Part shown: positions 12,011 to 24,555 of the stretch, piece after piece
Layout: every line of letters begins with the position of its first letter
How positions within the stretch are numbered: position 1 is the first letter of the stretch
Assembly (NCBI RefSeq): GCF_041146345.1
Contig: NW_027191419.1
Location: forward strand, 620,001 to 684,000
Reading direction: 5' to 3'
Length of the DNA: 64,000 nt
Source: Neodothiora populina
Taxonomy: Eukaryota
The notes under the pieces: generated by a model
Told to the model about the DNA's origin: nothing
The model's database searches: none
Seen by the model: only the letters and a program-made list of their open reading frames with translations
Made by a program: the position numbers and the translations under genes

Positions 12011-15000
12011 ATGCAGTCGATATCACACTTCGCAGGGGATCTGACCTTGCTCTACACGGAAACAAAGAAAAAAGCTCTCAATAGTACAGGCAAACATGAA
12101 ACGATACCGGCATTATCACATCTTGACCGTAGACTCAGAATTCAGAAAGACCGCCTGGTCACTTGGGGTCTCGAATGGACGGACCAAGAAAAGGGCTCCG
12201 GTGGCGACATCGATGCATCTGTCGCTGAAGCTGGTATGACAGAGACGGTCACCAGCGTTCTGGGCAATATCCAAGAAGTTCTCGAGCAGGCCGAAAACAT
12301 CAAGTCATCGGTCTCTGCTTGGTCGACTCCCGAAAAGTCGACACTGTCTGCGAGTGACGAGACAAAGTATGGCGAGCTTCTGAAAGACCTCAGCTCCTCA
12401 ATCGATATACTCTACGAAATTTCAACCACAAGACGGGCAATCGCCGCCGGGTCTCATCCGACTTTCTCGAGCGACAGGTACGAAGATGAATATGCTCCCG
12501 GAACAATAGTCTCCGGAACCACGCACAGAAAGCAACCCCTCCGATCACCAAGCTTCGCAGCTTCCGAATTGACCCTCGTCAATCCAGCGTTCGCAAGACC
12601 AAATCTGTCTCCTTATGCGGGACTGCCAGCGAGTCTAAACCCTCAAGCTCTGGAACTGCCTGCGGAGGCGCCACCTCCCTACGATACCTTTGGTGTACCC
12701 TCAGCGACTCGCATGATCGGCCGTCTGATCAAGCCATTGGCTCCAGAGAGTGTGCAAGCGGCTCTTCCAAGCTCTTCTCATGAAGCATATGTTCTGGTAG
12801 AGTATGCCAATTATGACTCTCTTTATCACGCGACTGGCGTACCACCCCCTTTGCAACGACTCGAAGGCCTTGCCGCTGCTCTAGCTGCAATACAAGCGAA
12901 GCAACAGCAATCTCTGATTCTACTTGGCTACTTCGAAGACCCCAGCCAGCCTCGTATTGGCTTGGTGTATGACTTTCTCGGCGCAATACACGATCGCTCC
13001 CGCGTGGATCAGTTAGTTCCGGTCAGCCTGCTGAATCTGGTTCAGACAGCCAACAAGGGAGGCAAACCAGCCGACGTTGCTAATGCTACCCCCTTCCTGG
13101 AAGATCGATTCAAGGTTGCACTCCGTGTCGCAGAGAATCTGAGAGACTTGCACGTAGAAGGCTATTCTCATGGTAATCTCAATAGCGGTAGTGTGGTCTT
13201 CTTCCGACAAGGTCAAAGCTCGCAGCTCCGGAGGGGGGAGCTGCATCGGCCGACGCTCTCTGCCTTTGACATGTTTTCCCGAACAAGAGTCGAACGCACT
13301 AACGACGCTCCTACCATGAACATCACCCGACATCCACTTGACCACAACGGTGATCAGAGCTACATAAAGGCCGTACAATTTGATTTGTACGGACTGGCGC
13401 TATTGCTTCTCGAGATCGGATTGTGGGTGCCTTTACATGACTTGTACAAAGCCAAGTATACTCTCAAAGACTTCAAGCTGCGGATTGAGAAAATCTGGGT
13501 TCCGAGGCTGGCGGCTAAATGCGGCTCGCTTTACATGCGCGCTGTGCAGACGTGTCTCCGCCTTTCAGATGATCCAGAAATCGACAAGATCAACCCGGAT
13601 GTCATATATGAGAACATCATAAGGCGTCTCAAGCGATGTTGTTACCTCGATGAAGATGAGATGATCATGCCGGAGACGGACATGGTGACTCCGCAAGATC
13701 AGGTGGCACTCTGGCACAATCTGACCTCGAATCGACCATTGCAGGGTCAGATGCAGAAACACGTACCGAAGACGTCGAACACGTTGAGTACCCCAGCCAT
13801 GTCCTCCGCCTTCTCGACCAGATCAACTTCGACAATCAGAGATGAGCCTGACGTGGCGGATAGAACCGCATCTGCGACACGGGGTATCACAAGTAGAGGT
13901 TCGACAGTCGAGAAGCCACCTGTACCATTCCGTGAATATCGACAGAAGGTCGTTTTTGTACAACGTCGATGGAGGGAATGCTGCAGACATATCAGGGAGA
14001 GAAGGAACAGGCCTGCTGCGTCTGACCGTTCTACTGATATTCTGCACGGTGGTCCTCACTTAGAGCGACGGTTCAGCGCGACAGAAGCTCGCCGCAGCTC
14101 CGAATCTCTAAGAAGATGCCAAGTGTTCCCCATCAAGCTGCCTCAGCCAGCCCTGGATGATTGGCATACCAACCTGGGTATGCGTTTATCCCGTATCGTT
14201 GAGCGAGCCTTGAAGGATTCGTCCGAGTCTTCAAGTATCGATCTCGTCGGCCTCGGACATGATCTGTGTTCAGCGAAGCCTACTATATTGGTCACTTGCG
14301 CGAGCACAGCCAGAGTCAAAGCAGCATTAAAACGCAAGTTTGACTACGACAGATCCATGTTCGACTTGAAGGTCCGTAAGGGACGCATCGCTCTTGCGAG
14401 GGGAAGCAGAGCACGAGACAAGTTGGCGAGTCGAACGAACAGCATAGGCGGAGACAACGATGATGGTGAAAGGTATTTGTTCTGAGTTCTTTTAGCGTTT
14501 TTGCTTTGGTCTGCTCTATACCCAACCATGTTTTCTTTATGCCCCGCGGGGTGTTTCTTCTTTTATATTTCAAACGGAACCATATGCCGAGAGAATGCAA
14601 GAAATGACACATTTGCCTTGTGCACACGTCCGCGCGAAGACTTCACAGGCGCTTCCCCTGCTTTATCCCGCCGCAACAATACCTGAACAATTAGATCTGC
14701 CCGAGCCGGCGGCTGACTCGCCTGTCCATAGTGATGACGCTGCACCGTTGAATCCCTATTTCCAGCAGCGACCTTTGTGCGGCGCTTCGATTGGGGCATA
14801 TCTGCCTAGTTATGGTCACCTGGACCCTGTGTCGTACGGAGGGGTTGTAATGGTGGAGCGTGGGGGACAAGTGAAACCTTATGGAATGAGTGTACATCAC
14901 ATGCTTGACCCTCCAGAAGGCGACGACGGTGACAACTCCGCCATGTCTTCGTCCACCAACACCAACACCGACTTGGACGAGAGTAGTTCTATCAGTAGCA

Positions 15001-16133
15001 CGCTGGAGTCTTCCGAAGAAGACAGCGATGAAGATGGCGGATACGTATCCTCTGACTTCGAAAGCGACATCTCGGACGATGAGACTGGCGTCGCCGCCGG
15101 CCATGGCAGAGCCTCACATCGAGCTGAAGCTGGCGATAAAGCAGGCGTGACCATTGACATGTCTCCAGCGATTCAAGTCACGCAGCCTGCATTTCGCGAT
15201 GCGTGGGATATGCAATTGCATGCCGACGATGCCCCGCTCGAGGAGTTGGACGAAGACCACCTCGCGTCATACAGATTGGGATCTGTCTTTGCTTCCTCCG
15301 GGCTAAGACGTGTCACTAGAGGAGGCATGCGTCACGAAATCGACTGGGCACTCATCGAACTTGACCCACCTCGATTGCAAAACTACAACTTGGTTCAAGG
15401 AGGACGTCGATATTACAGTGACGCCAGCTCAGGCACAGACGCATGCAACAAAGTCACTGTTCAACCGGACCTAAAGACTCCTGTTTGTCGACAAGAAGGA
15501 GTATATGGACCCAAGGACGATCTCTATCCCATGAACATTGTAGCTTCGCAAGAGCTGGCCGGTCTAGACGTGCAATGCTTTGGGCGGACAAGCGGACTTG
15601 CGCGCGGCACGATCAATGCATACATGAGTTTCGTCAAGATCCGCGGTCGTCGCACATTTAGCGCATGCTGGAGTGTCATGGGAGGATTCGGGGTAGGTGG
15701 GGATTCGGGTGCGTGGGTGCTGGACAACCGGACGGCAGGACTGTGCGGTCACGTGCTCGCGGAGAGTAATGGCATGGCATACCTCTGCTCGATGCAGGTG
15801 CTCTTCGAGGATATGAAGGCAACGCTGGGAGCGAGTGCGATCTACCTTCCTGGCGGAGAAAGCAATGCGGTAGTCACCAAGGGCGCAGTCATCGTTCACG
15901 GGGATACTCGAAGCACCGCGACACAATCCGGACCTACCACTGCACTCGAAGCGGACATCGCAGGATCTATCGCTGGATTGGAGATCACGAGGGATGGTGC
16001 AGGAGCAAAGAGTCAGTCACTGTCAGCGAGGCGGAGCAGATATACCGGGGTCAACGGCAAAGCAATTAAGGGCAAGTCGAGTCATTGTGTCAGACTGGGT
16101 CAGGGGCGGCAAGAGACTGCCGTGAGGACATGA
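12011..16133 (+). CDS. HeLo (HET-s/LopB) domain + kinase-like pseudokinase + trypsin-like serine protease fusion, about 1287 aa
   Basis: Exons 12011-14472 and 14732-16133 (donor GTATTT, branch GCTGAC, acceptor CATAG; 3864 nt, frame kept: ...DDGES/DDAAPLNPYFQQRPLCGASIG). HeLo-type motifs RLRIQKDRLVTWG and DETKYGELLKDLSSSIDILYEI; kinase-fold motifs LGYFEDP..RIGLVY, HGNLNSGSV, FDLYGLALLLLEIGLW; protease motifs GMSVHH, IDWALIEL, GRTSG, GGDSGAWV. The true start may lie in an unidentified upstream exon. Confidence 0.8.
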
Positions 16134-18081
16134 ACAGGATTGGAGACTCGATCTTGCATAGGACCAATTGCATAATGCGGTATAACAGTGAAAGGCCAAG
16201 ACGACGACGTCAGGATATGATGTAGGCATTATTTTCATTTCGTAACTTACTGTCCAACAACAGAGTCTACGTCTGCAGTATGTGAGTGCAGCATGTACGG
16301 AGACAGAGGTAGATTGACGCCAGCATCAACCCTCTCGAAAACAGTATCCACATGTCCACGTGGAAACCACACGCATGGCCCCGAAGCCTAGGCAGAAGCA
16401 TAATATAGTACGACACAGTGACAAATGCGGAAAGTGGATAAACAATGTAGAAAGGATCGACCGCGAAGGAAAATGAATCGATGCTGTAGTCGCTAAGCGG
16501 GTTCAAGCTTAGTCCGACAATCAGTCGACAGTCGACGAGCCAAACCAAGCCAAGCTCGGCGACAAGGGTAGGGAGGCCGGCTGGCCCAAAGCGCAAGTCC
16601 GCACCTTTGCCTTACTGCTTTAAGTCGAAGTGGATATCATTTTAGTCCAATGGTGCTATCTATCTATTCTACCGATAGTAGTGTGGTGCTCTAATAGTCA
16701 GTAGTTGGTGCAAGAGGGGCAAGGAGGAAGGGGAGACCAAGGGGCGGGAAGGCGGCCACTCGAGTGACAGCAGCGCCACATCGGTCAACCCCTGAATAGC
16801 AGAATGGGAAGGGGGGCTTAGAAGAGGGCTGGCTGGCTGGCGGGCTTTGTGGGTTGTTGTTGCAGAGGAGCAGCATTTAGTCAATCAAGAATAGAATAGT
16901 GTCTGGAGACATGTGGACCCGATGCACCTCAGTCGACTTTTCCTTCCCGATGGGGCTCTGGCGCTGTAAGGGCAATCATCATACCTTAGCTTTCTAAGGG
17001 ACGGATCTGGCGATAATGGCCCGGCGGCCTGCTTCGTAGTCGTATTCGTAGTAGAGTAGCCGTCGTCTTCGTCGTCGTCGTTGTCGCGTCTAGGCGTTGC
17101 TCGTCTCATGGCCGAGGGTGTCTTCTTGTCGAGATGATATCTCATGATAGTGACAGGTAACCACCCATCCGCAGAATATGAACCGACTGCCAAAAAGAAA
17201 AGCAATATTATGAGTAGCGAGTACAGGTGCGGTACTATTGCTACACTGTACAAGCAAATTCACAAGAATGGAGTTTTTGATGATCCACAAGCTTTCTGCT
17301 GCTTTGAGACAACAATAACAACGATAACTTGCCTACACTCTATTCTTTACTTATTCGGTATCTACAATCTAAAAGTCGGGATTGCTTTGGCTGAGGTAGC
17401 GAAAAAGAAGAACATTCGTCTTGGACATTTCATTCCAGAGAGCAAAAGCAAAGGGTTGGTTAGGTTGGCTTATGCGAGTGCGAGAGGCGAGGCTCATTCA
17501 AGTCTTCCAGCACAATAAGCTTCTCATTGAATCCCTACCGACCGTTGTGTTTCCAAGTCCAAGGGTCTTTTCTTTGCTGGTGTTGCCCCTTGCCATATTT
17601 ACTACTGCTACTTCTTCTGCTGTACTTGGTGTCACGTATTCATTTGCTTCTTGGACTTCGTTCCTTCTCTTTTCCCCTTCCTTTTGATGCAATCGAACGC
17701 AACACGAATGTTATAGAAAGCCGTCACGAATCCCAATCCAGTCCAGTCCGCTCTACGCTGTTGCCTTGACCCGCTTTCCGCACTTTTGGTCATTCGTCAT
17801 TCGTCATTCTTCCTTCTCTACCTTTACCGAGATCGTTTCGTCCGTCACTTTTGCCCGTATCGGCTATATTTGGACATCCGCAGACCAAGGTACTGCTACT
17901 GCTGCAATCTCGACATCCACACTCGCTTTCGCTTTCGCTACACCTGACTCAATACACTTTGCTCTCGGGGCCTGTCCGAGGGAAGCCGTGCGAAGCTCAA
18001 CAACAATAACATAACGTCCACTCTCCGAGTCGCACTGGTATAGGTGCTTTGCGATCCGAGGGCTCAAGAGCTTCCACAACC

Positions 18082-19459
18082 ATGGTGGAAGACAAATACA
18101 TCGGGTTGGCGCTGGCCGTCACCTCGACCCTCGCCATTGGCACGAGTTTCGTCATAACCAAAAAGGGCCTGATGCAGGCCAGCGAACAACATGGCTTCGA
18201 GGGCGACGGCTACTCATATCTCAAGAGTCCGGTGTGGTGGGGAGGAATAGTCACCATGGTCATTGGCGAAATCGCAAACTTCGCCGCATATGCCTTTGCG
18301 CCAGCGATTCTCGTGACGCCTCTGGGAGCGTTGAGTGTCCTCATCGGGTGAGTGTTTTGGTCCCTGCAGTCGTGTTTCTCTGATCTGGCTGACCATTATT
18401 CTGCAGAGCTGTACTCGGCGCATACTTTCTCGACGAGCGGTTGGGAACCCTCGGCAAACTGGGATGCGCAATGTGTCTGATCGGAGCCGTGGTCATTGTC
18501 CTACACGCCCCTCCGGACAAAGATGTGCAGACCATCGACGAGATCCTCAACTACGCCATTCAGCCCGCCTTTTTGTTCTATTGTCTGCTGGTCATCGTCT
18601 TCGCTGTCGTCATGATATACAGGGTCGCTCCGCGCTATGGACGCAAGAACCCTTTGATCTATCTGTCAATCTGCAGCACTGTCGGTTCCGTGTCCATCAT
18701 GGCCGTCAAGGGTGTTGGTGTCGCCACGAAGCTCACCTTTGCTGGAAACAACCAATTCACTCACCCGAGTACTTATGTCTTTATTCTCGTCACTGTTGTC
18801 TGCATCCTGACGCAGATGAACTACTTCAACAAGGCGCTCAGCCAGTTCAATACCAACATGTGCGCATCATGACAATTCTGCTGTCTTGCGATCCCAGCTG
18901 ACGTCTTTTTCGCAGTGTAAATCCTCTTTACTATGTCACCTTCACCACCTGCACCCTCGTCGCATCCTTTATTCTCTTCAAGGGCTTCAACACCACCGAC
19001 GCGGTCAACACCATTTCCCTGCTCTGCGGCTTTCTCACCATCTTCACCGGCGTTTATCTGCTCAATTTGTCTCGCGAAGATCCGGACGGCCAGAGTCATA
19101 TGGGTGGGGGAGTAGACAGAGACTACGATGTGGATGGCATTCCTACCGACGGTGTAGCCGCATCATTGACCAGACGATCTATTCAAGCGCGACGAAGCAG
19201 CGATCTACATCGAAGGTCCACTAGCGGCAGCTTTGCATACGTCGGTCGACGGAGCGGCGACAACTCACGCGAGGGATTGATGCACAACTACGACCTCGAG
19301 TCGGCGAACGGCGACCGCTTCGGACTCGGCGAGCTTTCAGAAGAACCGGACGAGAGCGACGGCGATCACAGGAGGAGTTTCGGAGACGGACAACTCAACG
19401 GGGGTGGTGCCAATGGCAAGATCAAGGTCGAGCGCGTGAGGCCTACCAAGTTCCGGTGA
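18082..19459 (+). CDS. NIPA2: NIPA-family magnesium transporter (DUF803)
   Basis: [13 protein letters not shown]...[25 protein letters not shown]...LHAP...QMNYFNKAL...[11 protein letters not shown]. Exons 18082-18347, 18407-18859, 18916-19459. Confidence 0.93.
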
Positions 19460-22400
19460 CCTTGAGATGCGAATGGTTTCGATACTCTGGCTGACATGGG
19501 CGGCCCAGTGAATGCTGGCAGTATGGACTTTTCCCGGTACCCCGAATTGAGTCCTCGGTGGAGCTGCGCTCGTGGACGATGTTTTGCGCGAAACAGCTGT
19601 CTTCTCCAGACTGTGATTCGTGACATTGGAGACTACGCATGGACTCTCATGGCTGTGTGGCTGACGAGCGGCGCATCTGTTGCCAACGATATACTCCCGG
19701 CTCCGCGATGTAATGCGCACTTGGTTCTCTAGTCTCCACGAAGGTCTAGTCGGCGTCTGTTCCACGCACGAAAGTCCATCACGTTACGCACCGAGGGCAC
19801 CGCTGTTTCTCGACCTTGCCTTTCGACGTTGGCGTTCAGACGCCACCTACAGATCTCGCGATAGATGGGCTTTTTGTTGCACAGGAATGTCTTTTTTGTG
19901 TCTGTTTTGATATATATTTTGCACTGGAGAGAAAAAGGATGATATCCCAAAGGGCGGGAACTGGAAATTTGGTCACAGGCGTTTTATTTGGGAATAATAA
20001 TGGCACACATGCGAGACTCTGGTGGTGGTGGTGGTGGTGAGGCATTCGGGTTCAAGGAAGCGCCAGGCTTCATTTCCGTAAAGAGACCACGACTACAGCA
20101 TCGCTGTGTGGTCGCTTTGCAGCATGGAAGGAGACCAGAAAGAAAACCAACGCTGGGGATATATGAGACGTCGTGATGAGGATCGAGGAGGAGGAGAGGA
20201 TTAGACGCACAGAAGGGCATCAGGTGGAGAAAGAAGAAGAAGACGAAGAAGAAGAAAGCCACCTCCTCATTTTCTTTGCTGCTCTTTTTGCCACGGTGAA
20301 AGAGAGGGCAGCACTCTTGCTTCTGCCTTTTTCTTTCTCCTTTTCTCCTCGATATCTCTCGAAAATGTTTCCTGTCTACTTTGTACATATGAAGAATACG
20401 CATGCATGAAAACGGTGTTTATGAATTTTGTTCTTTTCTTCCTCTCTCTCTTTCTCTCCTTCACACACACACACACCATATGATCATTTCTCTTCTTTGT
20501 CTGTGTCTTCTCGTTTGTTGTCTGTCATCGTCTTCTATGCTTTGCTGGCTTTCTATGCTTGCACATAACCTTCGTATCTTGGTTCTTGAGTTTCGTTGCT
20601 ATATCTGCTATCCCCTTTTATGATCACATCTTTGTACTGTCCCCGAGATCTTGAATTGATTTATAGCGACCATCATTCATCTCTGCTATGCGTCATCTAC
20701 AACATGGGCACAATCGCTAAAGCTTGAACAGAAGGGTTGTGCATTTCGTCACCGAGGGGCGTAAAAGGCCAACGCCTCGAAAAGAAAGGAGAGGTTTTAT
20801 TTAAATATCTTACTACTCTAGTCTGCTCTCTCAATGGAAGCATAAAGGGTGGAACTTATCTACTGGGTGGTCTTTCTCCCTTTGATTAGAATCCATGTTG
20901 GAACTTTCCCTTGTTCTAAAGCTGTACAATATTTTCGTAGATGGATATAGAGAGTTCAAGGACTAATACTCTTCAGCTTAGATCTTCTTCGTCAAATGCA
21001 GAGGGTGTATGAAAAAAAGTAAGATGGATCAGAACGAGGCAGGGATGAACGAGCTTTGTGCTATTATGGAAGAGCAACAGAGGTTAAGAAGGAGAGAAGA
21101 AAGACAAATGAAATGGAGAGACTAACGAGTAGGTAAAACATACACTACCGCTTCTAACTGGACGTAGCAGCTGCCTTCGTGAAGCTCTTCTTCGGTTCGA
21201 AATATACACAATCTGGTAAAATGGCAACATACAACCATACCTGTTCCTCCATCTCCTCAAGACCCAACTCTACCCCACCTTGTAACTTGGCCTCAAGCTC
21301 CTTTATCTCTTTCTATTTCTTCCCTCTCTTCGTGTATTAGTGAAAGAGAATCTGAATGACTCGAGTCTTCCAACACAGCTCAAAAGAGGACTCGAAGGGA
21401 AGCGGGCGACCCTGTCCTAATCCATCTCTTTACCATTGGGGTTACAGTGTATCCCTCCGATTGAGAACCACAATCTTGCTATTATACGAAGTCTGGAAAT
21501 CAAGAGCCGTGTGCTAATGCTCCAACACTTGCATGTGCTACCACAGTGCTGGAAACTGGTGGGTCGACAGGTATATGGATGCATGCAACGCGGCCTCCAT
21601 GCAGTCACAGCACGATCTATTCGTTCTGCCTTCTTCCCCACGAAACGACATGATCAGTCTCAAAACATTGGTCGCTGATCATATTCAAGACGTGATCGAA
21701 CAATAGACTATAAACATAATATACCTTCGAGGTTTAAACCACAGCTCTCCAGATCCAACCCCAAGTACTCTATCCTCACACACCAAAAGCAAACGATCCA
21801 GAAACGATCATACCTTAAGAATCACGCAAACGAAATCATCGAGCCCATCGACCTTTCAATCCAAGATGGACTCACAAAGTCAAGCTACTGTACTATAACT
21901 TCCCTGATCATTTTCCCTAAACTCTACAGCTCCGAATCTTGATGCTTCGACCAGTCGAACCCTCAGACTTTCAGGCTTCACACTGTCAGACTTTCAGACT
22001 TCGCAGACTTTGCCCCAACCAACCTCCACCAACGACCTATTTTCAGCAGGGTGCAGAGTCGCGAGAGTCCCACAATTTCAGACTTTCGAGTTCCGAATCT
22101 CATAATTCGCAGATCTGGAGTAGCCTCCGGAGACCGATTTGCTCAATACTCGAGACGACAGACCCCCTCCCCAACCTCCCCCACCTTCCAATCACGAGAA
22201 AGATGCTTTGGATTCGTCTGCTTCGTTGCCTTTGGTTGCTCCGGACGACCCTGACCTCTACTGTACATAACCTTTGCACCTACCCATTTCTACCCACGCC
22301 AGGTGATGACAGAAACACGAGACCACGTATTAGACAGAGACGCATACGGCTTGGGTGTCCATGCACTTATCCCATTCCTTGATCGTTTAGGATTGGCACG

Positions 22401-22921
22401 GAAGGAGCAGAAAGACAGGGTGAGGCGAGTCTTATGTCTTCATTTATTTGCTGTTTTCTTTCGACTGAGAGTATGATCTGATCATAACAGGGAAGAGGAA
22501 AAGAGTGTCTTGTTATAATTGTTTCATTTCGACCAATACCCCTCGTTTGTCATAAAGACCTCTAAATCCTAATCCTCCAAACTATCGTTCCCTACTCCAT
22601 CTAGTACCACTAATGTTATTCTATAAAATACTGTAACGTCGTACAAGCCTTTTTCCATGTCAACAGATATGACGCCTTTCTTGTGACAAGCAAAGAGAAC
22701 CGAAAAGAGAAAAGAAAGAGCCTTTGAAAAGACTTGACAGCTGATAAAAAAAAAGGGGGTTGTGTGTGTGTAGGGAACGGGTATATAGCGCAGACGCTTT
22801 ACAAGAGAAGAAGAATGAGAATATGAAACCGAACCACCCAATGCTGCTAACTCGATGAAACACCCAATCAAACGACCCAGGATGCTATGCCAATAAGAAA
22901 AAGACGAAACAAAAGAAATAA

Positions 22922-24555
22922 TCATCCAAGGCATTCGAAACCTAGCGCGTCAAACACATCTTCCGCGAAGTCATGGTGACGCCCATCCAGAGACATTCGA
23001 TGGCAGCCGTCGACGTCGACAAACGTGTCTAATGAGACTACAGCGTCGAAGTATCTCGATGGCTGCTGTCGTAGTTCTTGTGCGGTCGCGTTGACGGACT
23101 TCCCTGATGATGAAAGTGGAGGCATCAGGGTTGCGGAAGAAAGGTTGTCGACGTCATGTCTGTCGTTGCTTAGATCATATGCAAGCGAGTTCAACTGAGA
23201 CAAGTGATGAGGAGAAAAGTTGTCACACAGGTCAAAGGACCCGTCCCTTGGAGACGGCGACGGCGAAGAGGCGGCAGTAAGTGCAGTGAAGGTTGGCGAG
23301 ACCATGTCGAGAGGACCTGCGCCGGCAACGACGGTCTGGGTGCTGATGAGATCACCATGTGCCCACTCTTCGTCGCCTTCTTGGATTGGCTCACAGCTCT
23401 TCCATGACGGAGATGGTGATGCAGATGTGGGTGCTGGAGAAGGGTAGGAGTGTGCAGGCTGAGGGGGTATGACTTGGTTTGGGTTTGCTCTCAGAGGGTT
23501 GGGATGCGGGAACGACCAGAAGCTGCCGTCATCACTGTCGACGTAAGTGAGCGATGTATCGGCTCCTGGAGTTTCACCAAAGGAAGCCAATGCGGAAATG
23601 CCTAAGCCGATGGGCGTTTTCCTGCCTTGCGAGCTTCCACGTCTAGTTGCCGGGCGATCATCAGAAACGAAGCCAGGCATAGGACCGAATGGACGTAGCA
23701 CAGGTAGAGGACCGTCGGCATCTGTGACACTATCCATATCCGCACCCGAACTGGCGAAAGCAGTACCGAGAGCTTGGTAAGCCGGTGACTCCCCACGTAA
23801 GCGCTTGAGAGACTTCTTGCCCGCCGAGTCAAGTCTCTGCTGCGGCACAGGTGACATACGCACCGGTCGTCGAACCGGGCCACCACGTTCCATGATCGAC
23901 GGTGTGAATCCACAGGCCTTCTCCCGCAATGCCTCATAAGAAGAGTAGTATCTTGGCAAGTTGGCTGGGGGCTGTCGTTGGACCTTCCTGTAGCGATCTG
24001 CGGGATCGCGAGTCATGACGGGTGTTTGCAGGCTACAAGCCATGCTAGCTGATGCACTTGAAACGCGCTGAGGAGGTTCCACCACCTCGACCGGCACCTC
24101 CAAGACATTGACCATCTGTCCAGGTAGCAGAGGACATGCCGCTGTGCAAGACTTGAACAGATCGTAGCACTCCTCTAGGTCATCCGTCTTGAACTACAAC
24201 GGGTAGACACGTCAGTATCACATTGTCAATGCTCCAACACGGAAAGTCACTTACATAATACCAATATCGGCCTCCTTGCATCAAAGCGCCTTGTCTTGGC
24301 TTCGATCTCATTGTTGATGTGTTGCCATCACAAATGATGTTCTCAAACTTCGGACATGCCGTCCAAGATCCGCGTCCTCTGTGAGCATCTGCTTGCATTG
24401 GATAGGCAATAGTGAAGTTGTCCCATGAACCGTAGATGTCAACTGAGCGGACATCTTGTGGTGTTTTACTATGCACAGTGTAAGTATTGGACGAGAAAAT
24501 GAGCAAGGTAAGCAATGACGTACAACCAAAAGGTCATGAGCGTAGTCGAATCCAT
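22922..24555 (-). CDS. Uncharacterised fungal protein with N-terminal AMPK-beta glycogen-binding (CBM48/E-set)-like domain and disordered tail
   Basis: Exons 24555-24524, 24468-24255, 24193-22922. Spliced N-terminus MDSTTLMTFWFKTPQDVRSVDIYGSWDNF...GALMQGGRYWYYFKTD...CPLLPGQMVNVLEVP; GSWDNF and the terminal N-x-L-x-V resemble this CBM fold. Confidence 0.75.

Noticed and set aside
14473..14731. TPP riboswitch in the long intron
   Set aside because: Contains CTGAG, but I could not find the conserved downstream aptamer elements or supporting stems.
16885..17253. 122-aa minus-strand ORF with hydrophobic N-terminus
   Set aside because: Begins at a non-ATG codon in the track, has no recognisable domain and lies in the NIPA upstream region.
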